Below are positions 12,966 through 25,342 of a stretch of DNA of 64,000 nucleotides, in pieces (positions within the stretch are counted from its first letter, which is position 1; every line of letters begins with the position of its first letter). Made by a program: the position numbers and the translations under genes. The notes under the pieces are model-generated. The model made no database searches, had not been told where the DNA came from, and saw only the letters and a list, made by a program, of their open reading frames with translations. This stretch comes from Geosiphon pyriformis uo1 (taxonomy: Eukaryota > Fungi > Glomeromycota). Where the stretch lies: positions 244,592 through 308,591 of the forward strand of contig JAAOMT010000594.1 of NCBI GenBank assembly GCA_016748015.1, given 5' to 3'.

Positions 12966-13663
12966 ATAAATGCACCATTCCCAAAACAGAGGTATCTTCA
13001 ATTGACATAAACAATTATTTCCTGGATCAAAACATTCAAAACGCTTTCTATACTCTCCATGAGTACTAGATCAAGAACTATCCAAATGCTATTCTGATTA
13101 TCAGAAAACAAACCACTATAACAGACAACAGTGGAACTCACACTGTTATCAGACCAAAGAAAACAACTACCAGAAGAAAAAGAATTGGTGGCAAAATAAA
13201 TAAATACTTGCTGAAAAGCATAACAGCAGCAATACTTTTACCTTCCAGCACAATTGAAAAAACAATACAAGAAATCTTGCCCATAGACAAAAACTTGTCA
13301 TATGGAAGACAACTAGAACTCTATGGTCATCTTGGTGAAATTATAGAAGACATGAAGCTCATGAAGAAAACAACTTCAGAGATACAAGGGAAAATTTTGG
13401 GCATTATATAATTGGATGTCCCAAGAGTTTTGATCATTGCTAGAAAAGCCAGAACTCTTATACAAAGATTTGGTCTCTTGGATACAAAACTTATTTCACC
13501 TCAAGTATTATATACCCTATCCACAAAAAACTTCAACAAACTAGTTAGTTTTGAGTTAGACAAAACTCTTTACATAGACTATCCCATAAATAGCTTGATT
13601 TTGCCAGAGCTCAATCTCTTTGGAGAGGATGATGTTATGATTGAAACCCATAGTTTTTATTAG
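12962..13663 (+). pseudogene. Element A extra ORF3 (~233 codons) between integrase and the 3' LTR, unknown function
   Basis: One frame from ATA (probable ancestral ATG overlapping the pol stop) with only two internal stops. Conserved in the older copy at 14325-14982. Confidence 0.75.
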
Positions 13664-14287
13664 TTATCACATGTATTAGCCACTGATGTCATATAATTAG
13701 CCACCCTATTTTTAGATAGTGATTGTTGACCTAATTAATGACCTGACTGTTGATCTGATCATTGACCACTTTAAATAACTATATAAGTGATGATTCCCTT
13801 AGCTGTAGAAAGACATGATCAAAAATAACAAAATAAACAATATCAATTACTTCCTCTCATAATCGCTTATTTCCCTTTCCTTACCTTCAAGTATCTACTT
13901 GTTGGCATTCACATACCTTATCTTTTCCCCTTCTTGATTTGTATTTGTTAGAATTAGCCTGAGAAGCAATTGGCTTGCTTTTGTAATTCATTGAATAAAA
14001 AAACGATTGAAAAGTACAATGATACCTGTTATTGATTCTAAAAATTGCCAAGTTGAGGCATAGAATAATAGCAGTAGTGTTATCTTGTTGACAATCACGG
14101 ACTATTCCTTTACCTTCAGATTTAAGAAAAGATTAGTGAATGTGATTTTTATGAGACTGATCACACACATTGAATTCTTACTTATTCAATTCGCTCTCTT
14201 ATTGTAATTCCCTCTTTGTTTATTTCCATCACCATACAATACTGTTCTCCCTTGCTATCCATTAGCTTGTTACTCCAACCTGTAACA
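13633..14287 (+). repeat. Element A 3' LTR
   Basis: TGTTATG...CTGTAACA immediately after the PPT. Confidence 0.93.
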
Positions 14288-15641
14288 ATAGTAATAATAA
14301 CCCAAATAATTAGCAAAAATCAGATATAAATAAATGCATTATTCTCAAAATAGAAATATTTTAAATTGATATAAACAATTATTTTCTGGATCAAAACATT
14401 TAAAATGTCTTCTATATTTTTATGAATATTGGATTAAAAACTATCTAAATGTTATTTTGATCATTGGAAATCAGACCACTATAACTGATAACAATAAAAA
14501 AAATTGATAGCAAAATGAATAAATATTTGCTGAAAAGTATAACAGCAGTAATACTCTTATCTTCTATTACAATTGAAAAAACAATTAAAAAAATTTTGCC
14601 TATAAACAAAAACTTGTCATATAAAAGACAACTAAAACTCTATGGTTGCTTTGGTAAAATTATAGAAGATATAAAGCTCATAAAGAAAACAACTTTAAAA
14701 ATACAAATAGAAATTCTGAGTATTATATAGTTAGATGTTCTAAGAGTTTTGACTATTGCTAAAAGAACCAAAACTCTTATACAAAGATTTAGTCTTTTGA
14801 ATACAAAACTTATTTTACTTCAAGTATTATATACTTTATTTACAAAAGACTTTAACAAATTAGTTAGCTTTGAGTTAGATAAAATTTTTCAGATAGAATA
14901 CTCTATAAATATTTTGATTTTGCTAAAGTTTAATCTCTTTAAAAAGGATAATATTATAATTGAAACTCATATATTTTATTAATTATTATATGTATTAACT
15001 ACTAATATCATATAATTAGCCATTCTATTTTTAGATAGTAATTATTAATCTGACTGTTAACTTAATAATTGATCTAATCATTGACCTAATTATTAATCTG
15101 ATTATTGATTACTTTTAATAGTTATATAAGTAATGAATTTATTAGCTGTAAAAAAGCATGTAAAAATCAAAGAAAGCAAAGAAATAAAATAACAATTTCA
15201 TCTTAATTCTTCTTTTTTTACTAATTTTTCTTTTTTTACTTTTAAGTATTTGAACATTTTGGAATAAAAAATTATTTGTTGACATTTATTTATTCTTTTT
15301 TTGACTTGTATAATTGTAATATTTAAAGATTATTGAATAAAACATAACTAAAGAGTATATTTAATATCTGATATTAAATTCTAAGAGTGCTAACATAAGA
15401 CATAGAATTATATTAGTATGTTATTATTTGTTGACAATACAAACTATTTTTTTACTTTCAGATTCTCTAGTTATTTTTAGAAAAAAATAGCAACTGAGAT
15501 ATTTTATAAGACTGATCTTGTATATTGAATCCATACTCATTCAATTTATTTCATGAAATTAACTTTTTTTTGATTAATTCCATTATTCTACAATTTTGTT
15601 CTCCCTTGTTATTTATTAGCTTGTTATTTTAATTTGTAACA
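14288..15641 (+). mobile_element. Older family-A copy, right half: ORF3 remnant plus 3' LTR (14952-15641)
   Basis: ORFs 14515 and 14749 are paralogous to 13208 and 13412; decayed PPT AAAAAGGATAA; LTR ends TTGTAACA. Confidence 0.88.
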
Positions 15642-16010
15642 ATATATTTTTTTGAAAAAAAAAGCTTTTTTTTTATATAATTTGTTATAATAGTAGTTTA
15701 TAAACTTAAACTTTTTTCTTTGCTATAATTTCAATAAATTAAAGATATATTTTGACAAACTACAAGTTATTTCTATGAATTATAAATTAATTTGGTAAAC
15801 TATTTATTATTTTTGCAAATTTTGGTAAATTTTTAAATGTTATATAATTTGGGATATTATGTAATCTAATCATATTAATTTTTATTGTACAAGTTAGATT
15901 ATTAATTGAATAGTAATATTTAATAGTTTTGATTAAATAATAAGTGATAATTAAAATAATAATAATATATGCTAATTAATAATAAAAATTATAAAAATAA
16001 TTTCATGCTA
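15642..16010 (-). mobile_element. Decayed fragment of a family-C-like LTR
   Basis: Aligns to ~33220-33535 and the following LTR sequence (AAACTACAAGTTATTTCT, TAAGTGATAATT, TTTCATGCTAA). Confidence 0.75.
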
Positions 16011-17154
16011 ATTAATAATTAAAATTTTATTGATAATAGTATTATAATTTTATTGATTTTAAGATTAAGTGCTTTACTTAAAACTAAATTACTATTAATA
16101 AATTGTTCAAACACAATAATTAAAAAACCAACTAACTTAACAATAAACTTAATTAGAGCAGAAAACTTGATTAAATTAAACTCTAAAAAGACTAACTAAA
16201 AAAAAATCACAAAAACATTAGCCATTATATTAGTAAAAAGAAAAAAACCAACTAAAGAACCAAAAACTAAAAAAGGCACAGAAATAATAGTCTTAATATA
16301 AGACTTAATATTGTTACTCATAAAAAAAAAACAGATATAAAAAATAATAGACCAATAGAAGAGTAGTAGTTAGTATGTGAACACAGCAATATAAAATAAT
16401 GTTAGAAAATTAGGACACATTGCTTGAGAATGTGAGTGATCTCATAAAACATCAATTATGTATATATAGCAATAATATTAGAAAAAAAAAAGACAGACCT
16501 TTCAGTTTAAATTTGATCTAAGCAATCTTTCATTCACAAAAATATTAATAAATAATTATTCATTATCCCAATCTACTCTTCATTATCAACACTTTATGTT
16601 AATAGTAATTGATACTTAATCATACTGAAACAATAGCTCTTGATCATGACTATTGATAGGATCCTAACACTCATTATCTTGGCTTGTTTCTTTATTTTCT
16701 TTTTATTTTTTTTTGTTATTTCTTTTTGTTTTACTAATTAATTAAAGAAAAAAAGCGCTGAATTATTGACATTAAAGATAGTCTGGTAAAAGACCTCAAA
16801 GAAAGGGTATAACATTAAAAATTTAAGGATAATTTACCAAAAGGGCATCTTTGCCAGATTACTGGCCATTATGCTGAGAAAAAAAATTGGATAGAATTGC
16901 GATTCTGGGAAGCTATTGAAACAACTATTGAATTTCTGTTCATTATACAAAAAACTCCACAACAAAATTTTCAAACCAACCAAAATCTTTAGATCATGAG
17001 AACCTTTAAATATTAACATCATTATATCAATTGAGCACCAAGTTATGAGTTTGTTATTTGCTTTGAGACCTCAAGTAATCACCTGTAATATTTGGTGCTT
17101 TTTGTGAAGTATAATTCTACAGAGAACTAGCACCAACACAACAACAATCCAAAA

Positions 17155-20100
17155 ATGACAGAACCAGAAAGAATAAAAACAAACCATTTAGGATTTGCCA
17201 AATTCTTGTTTTAATACTATTGTCAACACTTGGAATTAACCAACAACTACCTATTAGCAGAATTAGTCTTCAATTTCTACATCAATAAGAGAATCTCATA
17301 TTTGCTAAGAGTACCAGTAGAAACTGACTTAACCAGAGGAAATTTCTACAACAAATTAATCCAAAATACTAGCTTACTAGCAAATTATAATTTCACAGCC
17401 ATCCTCATTGAAATCAATAAAGAAATTGAACATCACACTCAACAAAGATATCCAATTACCTATGCAAACAAAGGCAAAAAAAAATTACAAATACCAGCAG
17501 TAATACTCCAAAAAATACAACCACCTACATAGAAGAAAACAAGAGTAGGATCTCCAATTAATCCATCATACTATTATACATCCGGAAATGCCATCAACAT
17601 CTTATCAGCAGGTACATCCACATCAAATATAACATCAACATTTGGATGACTCCTATTTTAAAGTAAACAAAAGAAAGCAGAATTACTAGAAACTTATGGC
17701 AATTATTTTGAAAAATTTAAATTGCGATCACTGATGCCATTAAGATTTCAATCATTGCTACCTCCATCAGATTTCGGAACTACAAGTCCTTGAAAATTAA
17801 TGGAATCAGAGGAAAAGAAAAACAATAATTAGGAATTCAATTATCAAAACCTGATTATCAAAAACTCCGAAATTAAAACTCTGAATGTTTAAATTCAGTA
17901 AAACCTGATTTTGGAAAATTCGGAAATTGAAATTCTGAATTTTTGAACTCCACAAAACCAGACCAATCCCAACTCTGATATTAATAATCAACAATACTTA
18001 CTGTCAGTAATTGTCATCAATTCACCACCAGTTGCTGCACTACAACAATTATTATCACAACAATAACAATAATCACAACCAAACTTGAATTCAATGACCT
18101 ATGCTCCAATAGCAAAGCTTAAAAGGTTTATGGGTAAAGAAGACAATGCCCAAGTGTGGCTAAATAATGTTGAAAAAGCCATTGCAGCCAACAAATGGAA
18201 TGATGCCAAAGTCATGCAAACCATTCTATACTTTCTTCAGAATACCACCAACTCATAGTATCAAAGTTTGGTTAACAAATCTCAAGATTTCAATGTCTTT
18301 AAGCTTGTGTTCCTACAATATTTTAGCAATAATAATAGTATTAACCAATTGGCCAACACTTTTACCACTATCAAACAAGGAGAAAATAAAGCAGTCACCA
18401 CTTACTTGGGATGCTTCTACAGAAATCTGCACTAGATTCAGGCCATACAGGCTGATTATTTCACAGTATTACAAATCTCTAACCAATTCATTAGAGACCT
18501 ATGCAGTAGCATCTTCCAATGTGTATGCCTAATGCATTCAGCAGACTTTCAAGTCACAATTATAAATGCCAAAGATTTTGAAGCAGCTGAACTTGAAACC
18601 AATCATGCCCAAGCTGTAAATCTAGTGATGAACAGATTATCTGACTTGGATTCCAAATTGAAGCAATTCAGTAAATTAATCAATAAAAAATTAGAGAAAT
18701 ACTTAGTTAACAATAATCAGGCAATTTATCAACCTCTTCAATGACACAATAATTAAAAAAACTCTAATTGTGCCCAAAATCAACTACATTCAGCATCAGC
18801 AACCAATTACCAGTGGCAGCAGAAAATGCATGTATGCTACTATTGTGGTAAACAAGAACATTTGCAATTTGAATGTCACAAAAAGATAAGTGGTCTAAGA
18901 TCAGCTAATCAGTATTGAAATCTTGATTGCCAACTACAAACTCAGAATTATATTAGTAATCAATTACCAGAACAATACCAACTTCAATTACATTACTTTC
19001 CAGTAACACAGCTGATTTATCAAACCCTAGTGATACAGCAGTTATACTCATCTCCAGTATATTAGTCTTTAGCATCAATCTATCAACCGACAACACCTGT
19101 AATCTATTAACCACCACAGTCACAAGTAATCTATCAGACACCAGCAATCTCAACCCCAAACTCAGCTCAGATAACATCAGAAAATTCCAGATCCAGAGTC
19201 ACTCAAAACTGGAGATTGGCAATGGTTATTCACTAATTGATTTTTAGCTCCTTAAACCAGTTATCAGGATTATGCCAGTGGAGTTCAGGAACTGAGTATA
19301 CCCAAAACCTAAGTTCTTAGAACTATTTAAGTCTCTTGTTAATTTCAGAAAATGTCTTATCCAACAACACAAAACCCAACCAAAAACAACCATTTATCAG
19401 CAACATATCTTTAGCCACTATCACCAACAATGAATTACTTACAGCTATCTTCCCATTTGAACTTAAGGAACTAACATTTACACCTTTGTTCAGTAGAGCT
19501 GCACTCAAGAAAAAACCAATTACTGCCATATACATTAATACCAAAGTTGATGGCCACTCTATTAAGCTCATTCTTAATAATGGGTCAGCAGATAGTATTA
19601 TCACACAACAACTTATGAACCAATTAGATTACTGAGTTGACTATGCTGTCAGCATCAAAATTATAACCACTAATAAAACAACCAAAACTCTAATTGGTGA
19701 AATAGACAATTTTCCATTTGAAGTCAATGACATCATAATACCAATTAAGGTATTGGTAATAGAAGCAACTTAGTACCAAGCTCTTATTGGAAATGACTGG
19801 CTGTATAAAACCAATGCTATGCTTGACTGGAACACCCAAAAACTGCAGCTCAGCCAAAACGGCCACCACACATGTATGCCAGCCATTTGTGGTTACTTCA
19901 AGACTATTATCAACAACAAGTCACTCATCAAATTAGAAGAAAAAAAAAGAAAACCTACCTGGGAAATGTACCAAGTTTTCTGAACTGACACTACAATAAG
20001 CTACTATCAGTACTTTCTTGAGATGACAAAGGAAAAGAAAAGAAAGAAGACACTACTACAGAGGAAATAACTAGTGGCTGGGAAAGAGAGTACTTATGTA

Positions 20101-23100
20101 AGCTGATAAAGAAGCCACCATATATACCTCTTAAATACAAGGACTATAAAAAGAAACTTTCTTCTATGGGAGCTTGGATAGCTCCTGATAAAGACTATTG
20201 GACCAGAACCCATTACTACTACAAGCCATGCCATAGGAAACACTATAGTTACTCAAAAAAACAGGGAAAGTGGGACAATGAACCATGTCTCACTTGTGAC
20301 AAACAATTACTTAACAAAAAAATATGAAATGATATTCCTAGTCAAAGAAGAATGTGCAATGTTTCATGCCAATACACAATCCTTATAAACAACTGGATCA
20401 ATTATGGTATTCCCATTACTGCAGTCTGACACCAAGCAATAACTCGCTTGGACAGCTACTTACATGATAAAGACAAGATCTGGAGAATGGTAAATGCCAA
20501 AGTTGAAGGAGCCATGCTCAGCAAAATCCTGGAAATTAAGAATAATCTCCTAAAACCAGTTGACATCATTTTTATCCTAAATCCAGATGTTTTTCTCAAC
20601 ATAGAGACAGACCCAGAGAAGTTTCATGAGCACTACCAGAATTTGGCACCAACAAAAGAAGAGCAAGAACAGTGTTTGGAAGAAATAAACACCTGATTAT
20701 ATAACTACTGTTTGATCTCATGTGACTTTTAGTATTGTAATGAGTGTAATCTCATTTGCAATCCACCATTATACATGATCTACACAATTCCAAAAGAAGA
20801 CAAACCAATTAGCAATTGTGCATTAGAATCAAAATTAACTTTCAATCTCAATTCAAACTCTGACAATAATGACAATGAAAACAACGGTTCCAGCTCCATT
20901 TAATATAACAATAAAAATAACAACAATTTGGACTCTAATTCAAACCCCAAAACATACATCATGCTGCCTAATCTTACCAAGAAGCAGAAACTTAAATGGT
21001 TCAGCAATAGCAATAAAGATATTATGCCAGAACAAGTACATAATACTGACACAAAGTTTGATCTAAGATATCCAGAAAAAAACACCTTCAAATTGGAACC
21101 ACATTCATGCATTTGTATCAATCTGAAAATAGCACTGGAAATTCCAGCAACAACAATGATTCAATTAGCATTTAGGAGTAGTTTAGCAAAAAAGAAAATT
21201 AACATTAGAAGAGGAATAATTGATGCAAGATATATAGAAAATATCATTATAATATTATAAAATGACTCAGAAAAGATCTATATCATAGAGCAAAATGAAA
21301 AGATAGCACAGGCAATATTCCTGCCTCTGGTCAAAATAGCTCAATTAGTATCAGTGAGAAACAGAGAAAAATTAGGGATTACAGTTAAAAGAATACAGGA
21401 TTTCGAATTCATGGATAGAATAAATATACCAGTTAATATAATAGAGGAAGAAATTGTTGACAAGAAAAAAACTATCTCCACTCATCAATTAATTTCTATT
21501 TTATTATATGATTAGTACATGGTAGTCATAAAAAAAAAAGTAAAGGATCAAGTTCAGATTTTTGAGGCAGAAGCAACACTTTGTGAATCAGAAAAAATTG
21601 GATTAATCAATCTACACATACCAGCCAAGAACCACAAACACATTAAAATTCTTATTTATAATAACATGGGAGATATTATTGAGATACCAGAAAGAACCAC
21701 TATTGGATACTTAACCACCAAAATTAAAAACCAACTGCCAAACACCATTTCAGACTTTCTACAACTGTGTATATATGTAGATATCACATCTTAAACCATA
21801 TATGAACGAAAAAAATATTATCTACTCCAACCAAAATAATTGAAACAGATAAACTTAAGGAATCTAGACTTACTATAATGTATGCAGCTTAAGATATTAC
21901 TCAACAACTTTAACAACATCTTTGCAAGTGAAAATGAATTTGGTAGAATTAACATTATTTAGCATCAGATCAAGACTGGAGATACAATGCCAATTAAATA
22001 AAGAGCATATAAAGTACCATTAGCCAGCCATGAAATCATTCATCAAGAAATTAATCAGATGTTTGACAATAGGCTAATTCAACCATCAATGAGCCCATGG
22101 TCATTACCAGTGGTACTAGTCCATAAAAAAAATGGAAAAATCTGCTTTTGTGTGAATTACCAAAAACTGAATGAAGTAATCAAGAGAGGTAGCTACCTAA
22201 CACCAAAGATTCAAGAGCTGTTCAATGCTTTTGGAGGAAAGAAATAGTTCTCAACTTTAGACTTAGACAGTAGTTATTAACAAGTAGCCATGAAACCAGA
22301 AGATAAAAAAAAACAGCTTTTACAACATGAGAAGGGAATTTCAAATTCGAAGTTATGTCATTTGGCTTGATGAATGCTTCAGCCACTTTCCAATGACTCA
22401 TGGAAATTGTCTATACTGAACTGCTATGAAAATCAATAGTTGTATACTTGGATAATACCAATGTGTTCTCCAAAACATTTGATGATCATCTGCATCATCT
22501 CCAATAAGTATTTGAAAAACTCAGATAAGCAGGATTGAAATTAAATACCAACAAATGCTTCTTTGGCAAAACAGAATTCAAGTTTTTGGGACATGTTGTG
22601 AGCAAAGATGGTATCAAAACAGATCCAGACAAGATTGAGATTGTTAAGAACTTTTTAGTACCAAATAATCTCACAAAATTAAGAGCATTCTTGGAATTTG
22701 CTAGATACTACCACTGCTTTATCAAAGACTTTTCCAAAATAGCTTAACCACTACACCAACTTCAAACAAAGAAAACAAAATATAAATAGACAAAAACTCA
22801 GCAAAAAGCTTTTGATACATTAAGAAGAAAGCTTATTCAAGTTCCAGTATTAATCTATCTGGATCATAACAAGCCATTTATAATTACAACTGATACATCT
22901 AATCAATCATTGGGAGCAATACTATCTCAAAAAAGACTGGATGGACAAGAACACTCAGTAGCTTACACCAGTAGAAGCTTAAGTCCAGCTGAAAAGAACT
23001 ATAGAACTCCAGTACTAGAACACTTAGCTATCTATTGGGCTGTCACCAAATAGAAAAAATACTTGAGTCAAAAGTTTGATGTATATACTAATCACAAAAG

Positions 23101-24659
23101 ATTAACTTCAATCCAGAAGCAAAAATTTGGAAATAATTGCCATGTCAGATAGAAAATAAAACTTTTATCATTTAATTATATAGTACATTATAAAAAAGGA
23201 AAAAAAAATGGAAATGCTGATGGTTTATTACAAATGAAACAAATCTAAAAACATTTCAACCCAAAAATATAACAAAAGATGAATATACAAAAATACCAAC
23301 AACTCCAACATTATATAAATACCCAATTGTTCAAGGAGAAATTATCTCAAAAAGAACAAAATAACATAAAACAACAATCAAAAAATTTTATCAACCATCT
23401 AAATATACTTTACTAAAAGAACAAAAGAAATCCAAATTAACCAACCAGAGTAATCACAGAACCAGAAAAAGAGACAATATTATTCAACATACACTCAGAC
23501 CCAACAGCAGGACATTTTCACAAAGAAACAACCATGGAAAGAATCAGAAAAAGATACTATTGGCCATCTATATATTCAAACATTATTTAATATGTCCAAA
23601 ATTGTGATACTTGTCAAAAAAGAGAAGGAACAAGACCCAGTGAACTATTAAAACCAATCAAAGTAGGACAATTATTTGATCACATCAGAATTGACTTAGT
23701 CAGACTATTAACAATAACCAGCAAAGGCAACAAATATATTGCAGTAGCCATATACTATCTCACAAAATGGCCAAAAGCAAAAGCCATTCAAAAAGCAAAT
23801 GCAAAACTATTGCCGAATTTGTTCATTAAGATTTGATTTGTTAACATGAATGTTCAAAAGAACTATTATCAAATCAAGGAATTCACTTTGTGAATAGAAC
23901 ATTGACAGAATTAAGTCAAAGATTTGGGATAAAAAAACCATTATCATTATCATATTATTTATAAACAAATGGCTTAATTGAAAGATTTAACAGAATATTG
24001 TGTAAAGCAATTGCCAAGATCAGTTAAGAAAACCAGGATAAATGAGATTTGTTTATACCATTAGTATTATTTGCTTACCAGACAATGAAGCAAAACACTA
24101 CATAAGCAACACCATTTGAATTAGTATATGGTAGAACAGCAACCTTACCAGTTGAAATAGAAGTCAGAACATATTTAACAGAACCAATAACAGAAGAGAA
24201 TTTTCAAAAAACATTGTTGAAAAAAACATATGACTTAATGGAAATACTAGAAAACAAATGGCAAAAAGCAGTTAATAATATTCAAAAATTACAAAAAAAA
24301 CAAAAAAAAAACACAATAACCAACTACCAAATAAACCAGTCGAATTCAGAATTGGAGACAAAGTACTTTTATATCATACCAAAGCAGAAAAACAATGAAG
24401 TAGAAAATTTGATCCCAAATAAGATGAACCATTTTATATAAAAAAAATTCTGGGAAATGGAGCTTATAAATTAAGATTGAACAACAAAATATTAACCAAA
24501 GCAGCATATAAAAATTGACTGAAATTATATTAAAACATAACATTAGCATCCACTAGTAATATTTTACAACTGGGAGCACAGAGAATACTGGTTTAACCAA
24601 ATGAGATTTCACGAGATCTGAAACCAATCATAGTTATTGAACCAAACACATTAAATTAA
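17155..24659 (+). pseudogene. Element B gag-pol: gag, CCHC, PR, Cys-rich insert, dUTPase, linker, RT, RH, IN
   Basis: ATG 17155; CYYCGKQEHLQFEC ~18835; LILNNGS protease ~19567 in the same frame as gag; YLDN (YLDD) ~22445; TDTSNQSLGAIL ~22888; HSDPTAGHF...CDTC ~23490-23615. Confidence 0.92.
21020..21420 (+). pseudogene. Trimeric dUTPase domain inside element B pol
   Basis: Five motifs in order: HNTDTKFDL (I), RSSLA (II), GIIDARY.ENI (III), EKIAQ (IV), KRIQDFEFMD (decayed RG..GFGS, V). Confidence 0.88.
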
Positions 24660-24782
24660 ACAAAAGAATATATAAAGACACAGTAGATGTGACAAAAGCA
24701 ACAAAGAAAAATAAAAATACCAGACCATATTTACACTTTAGCTTAACAATTGTTTTAGGCCTTAAGTCAACAGCAAGTAAAC

Positions 24783-25342
24783 ATGGAAATTATCATCAAT
24801 AACCAAACAATCTGTTATCAAAACACCAAACAAAAAGGGAAAAGTACACCATACCAGTGACTACAAAAACAATCAACAAACTGGTCAGATAAAATAGTAG
24901 AGAAAATAAAAAACACTTTTGGAAAGATAACCATCATGGTTTTAACAAAAAAACTGGCAAAAAAAAATTGGAACCAATAGATAGACCAATTTTTAATACC
25001 ATATTGCTACTATCAACTGAGACAAAAAGTAGATATTCAAAAGTTATATCTTGATAAATCCAAAAAAATCTTTAATCAAGAGATAATCTGAAACATTGAA
25101 GACATTATTGGAAAAAAAACAAACTTGACATTACACATTAGAACCATTTATTGACTACACACTATATTTCAAAACCAGAATTATTGTTATACTTTAACAT
25201 GGAAACAATAACTATCAACCAATAGGGAAAAATAAACAACTCACAAATCAAAGAAATAAAAAGCAGAGTAAAACAGGTGCTATTCAAAAAAAAAGTATTC
25301 GACATAATTCAAAATGAAGATTTTGATGGAGCTCAATATTAA
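24783..25342 (+). pseudogene. Element B extra ORF3 between integrase and the PPT
   Basis: ATG 24783, MEIIINNQ...KSTPYQ...YYQL(R/G)Q...RTIY*LHTIF; one frameshift near 25172; then ...GKINNSQIKEI...EDFDGAQY*. Confidence 0.65.

Larger units (their letters stand above)
6609..14287 (+). mobile_element. Element A: full-length Ty3/Gypsy LTR retrotransposon, inactivated
   Basis: LTRs 6609-7299 and 13633-14287; PBS TGGTGCTTCCTGTGAGG at 7306; PPT GGAGAGGATGA 13622-13632; TSD GTAG/ATAG; domain order gag-PR-RT-RH-IN. Confidence 0.95.

Noticed and set aside
12962-13663. ORF3 as an envelope gene (endogenous retrovirus)
   Set aside because: Too short, with no signal peptide, transmembrane helix or fusion-peptide pattern.
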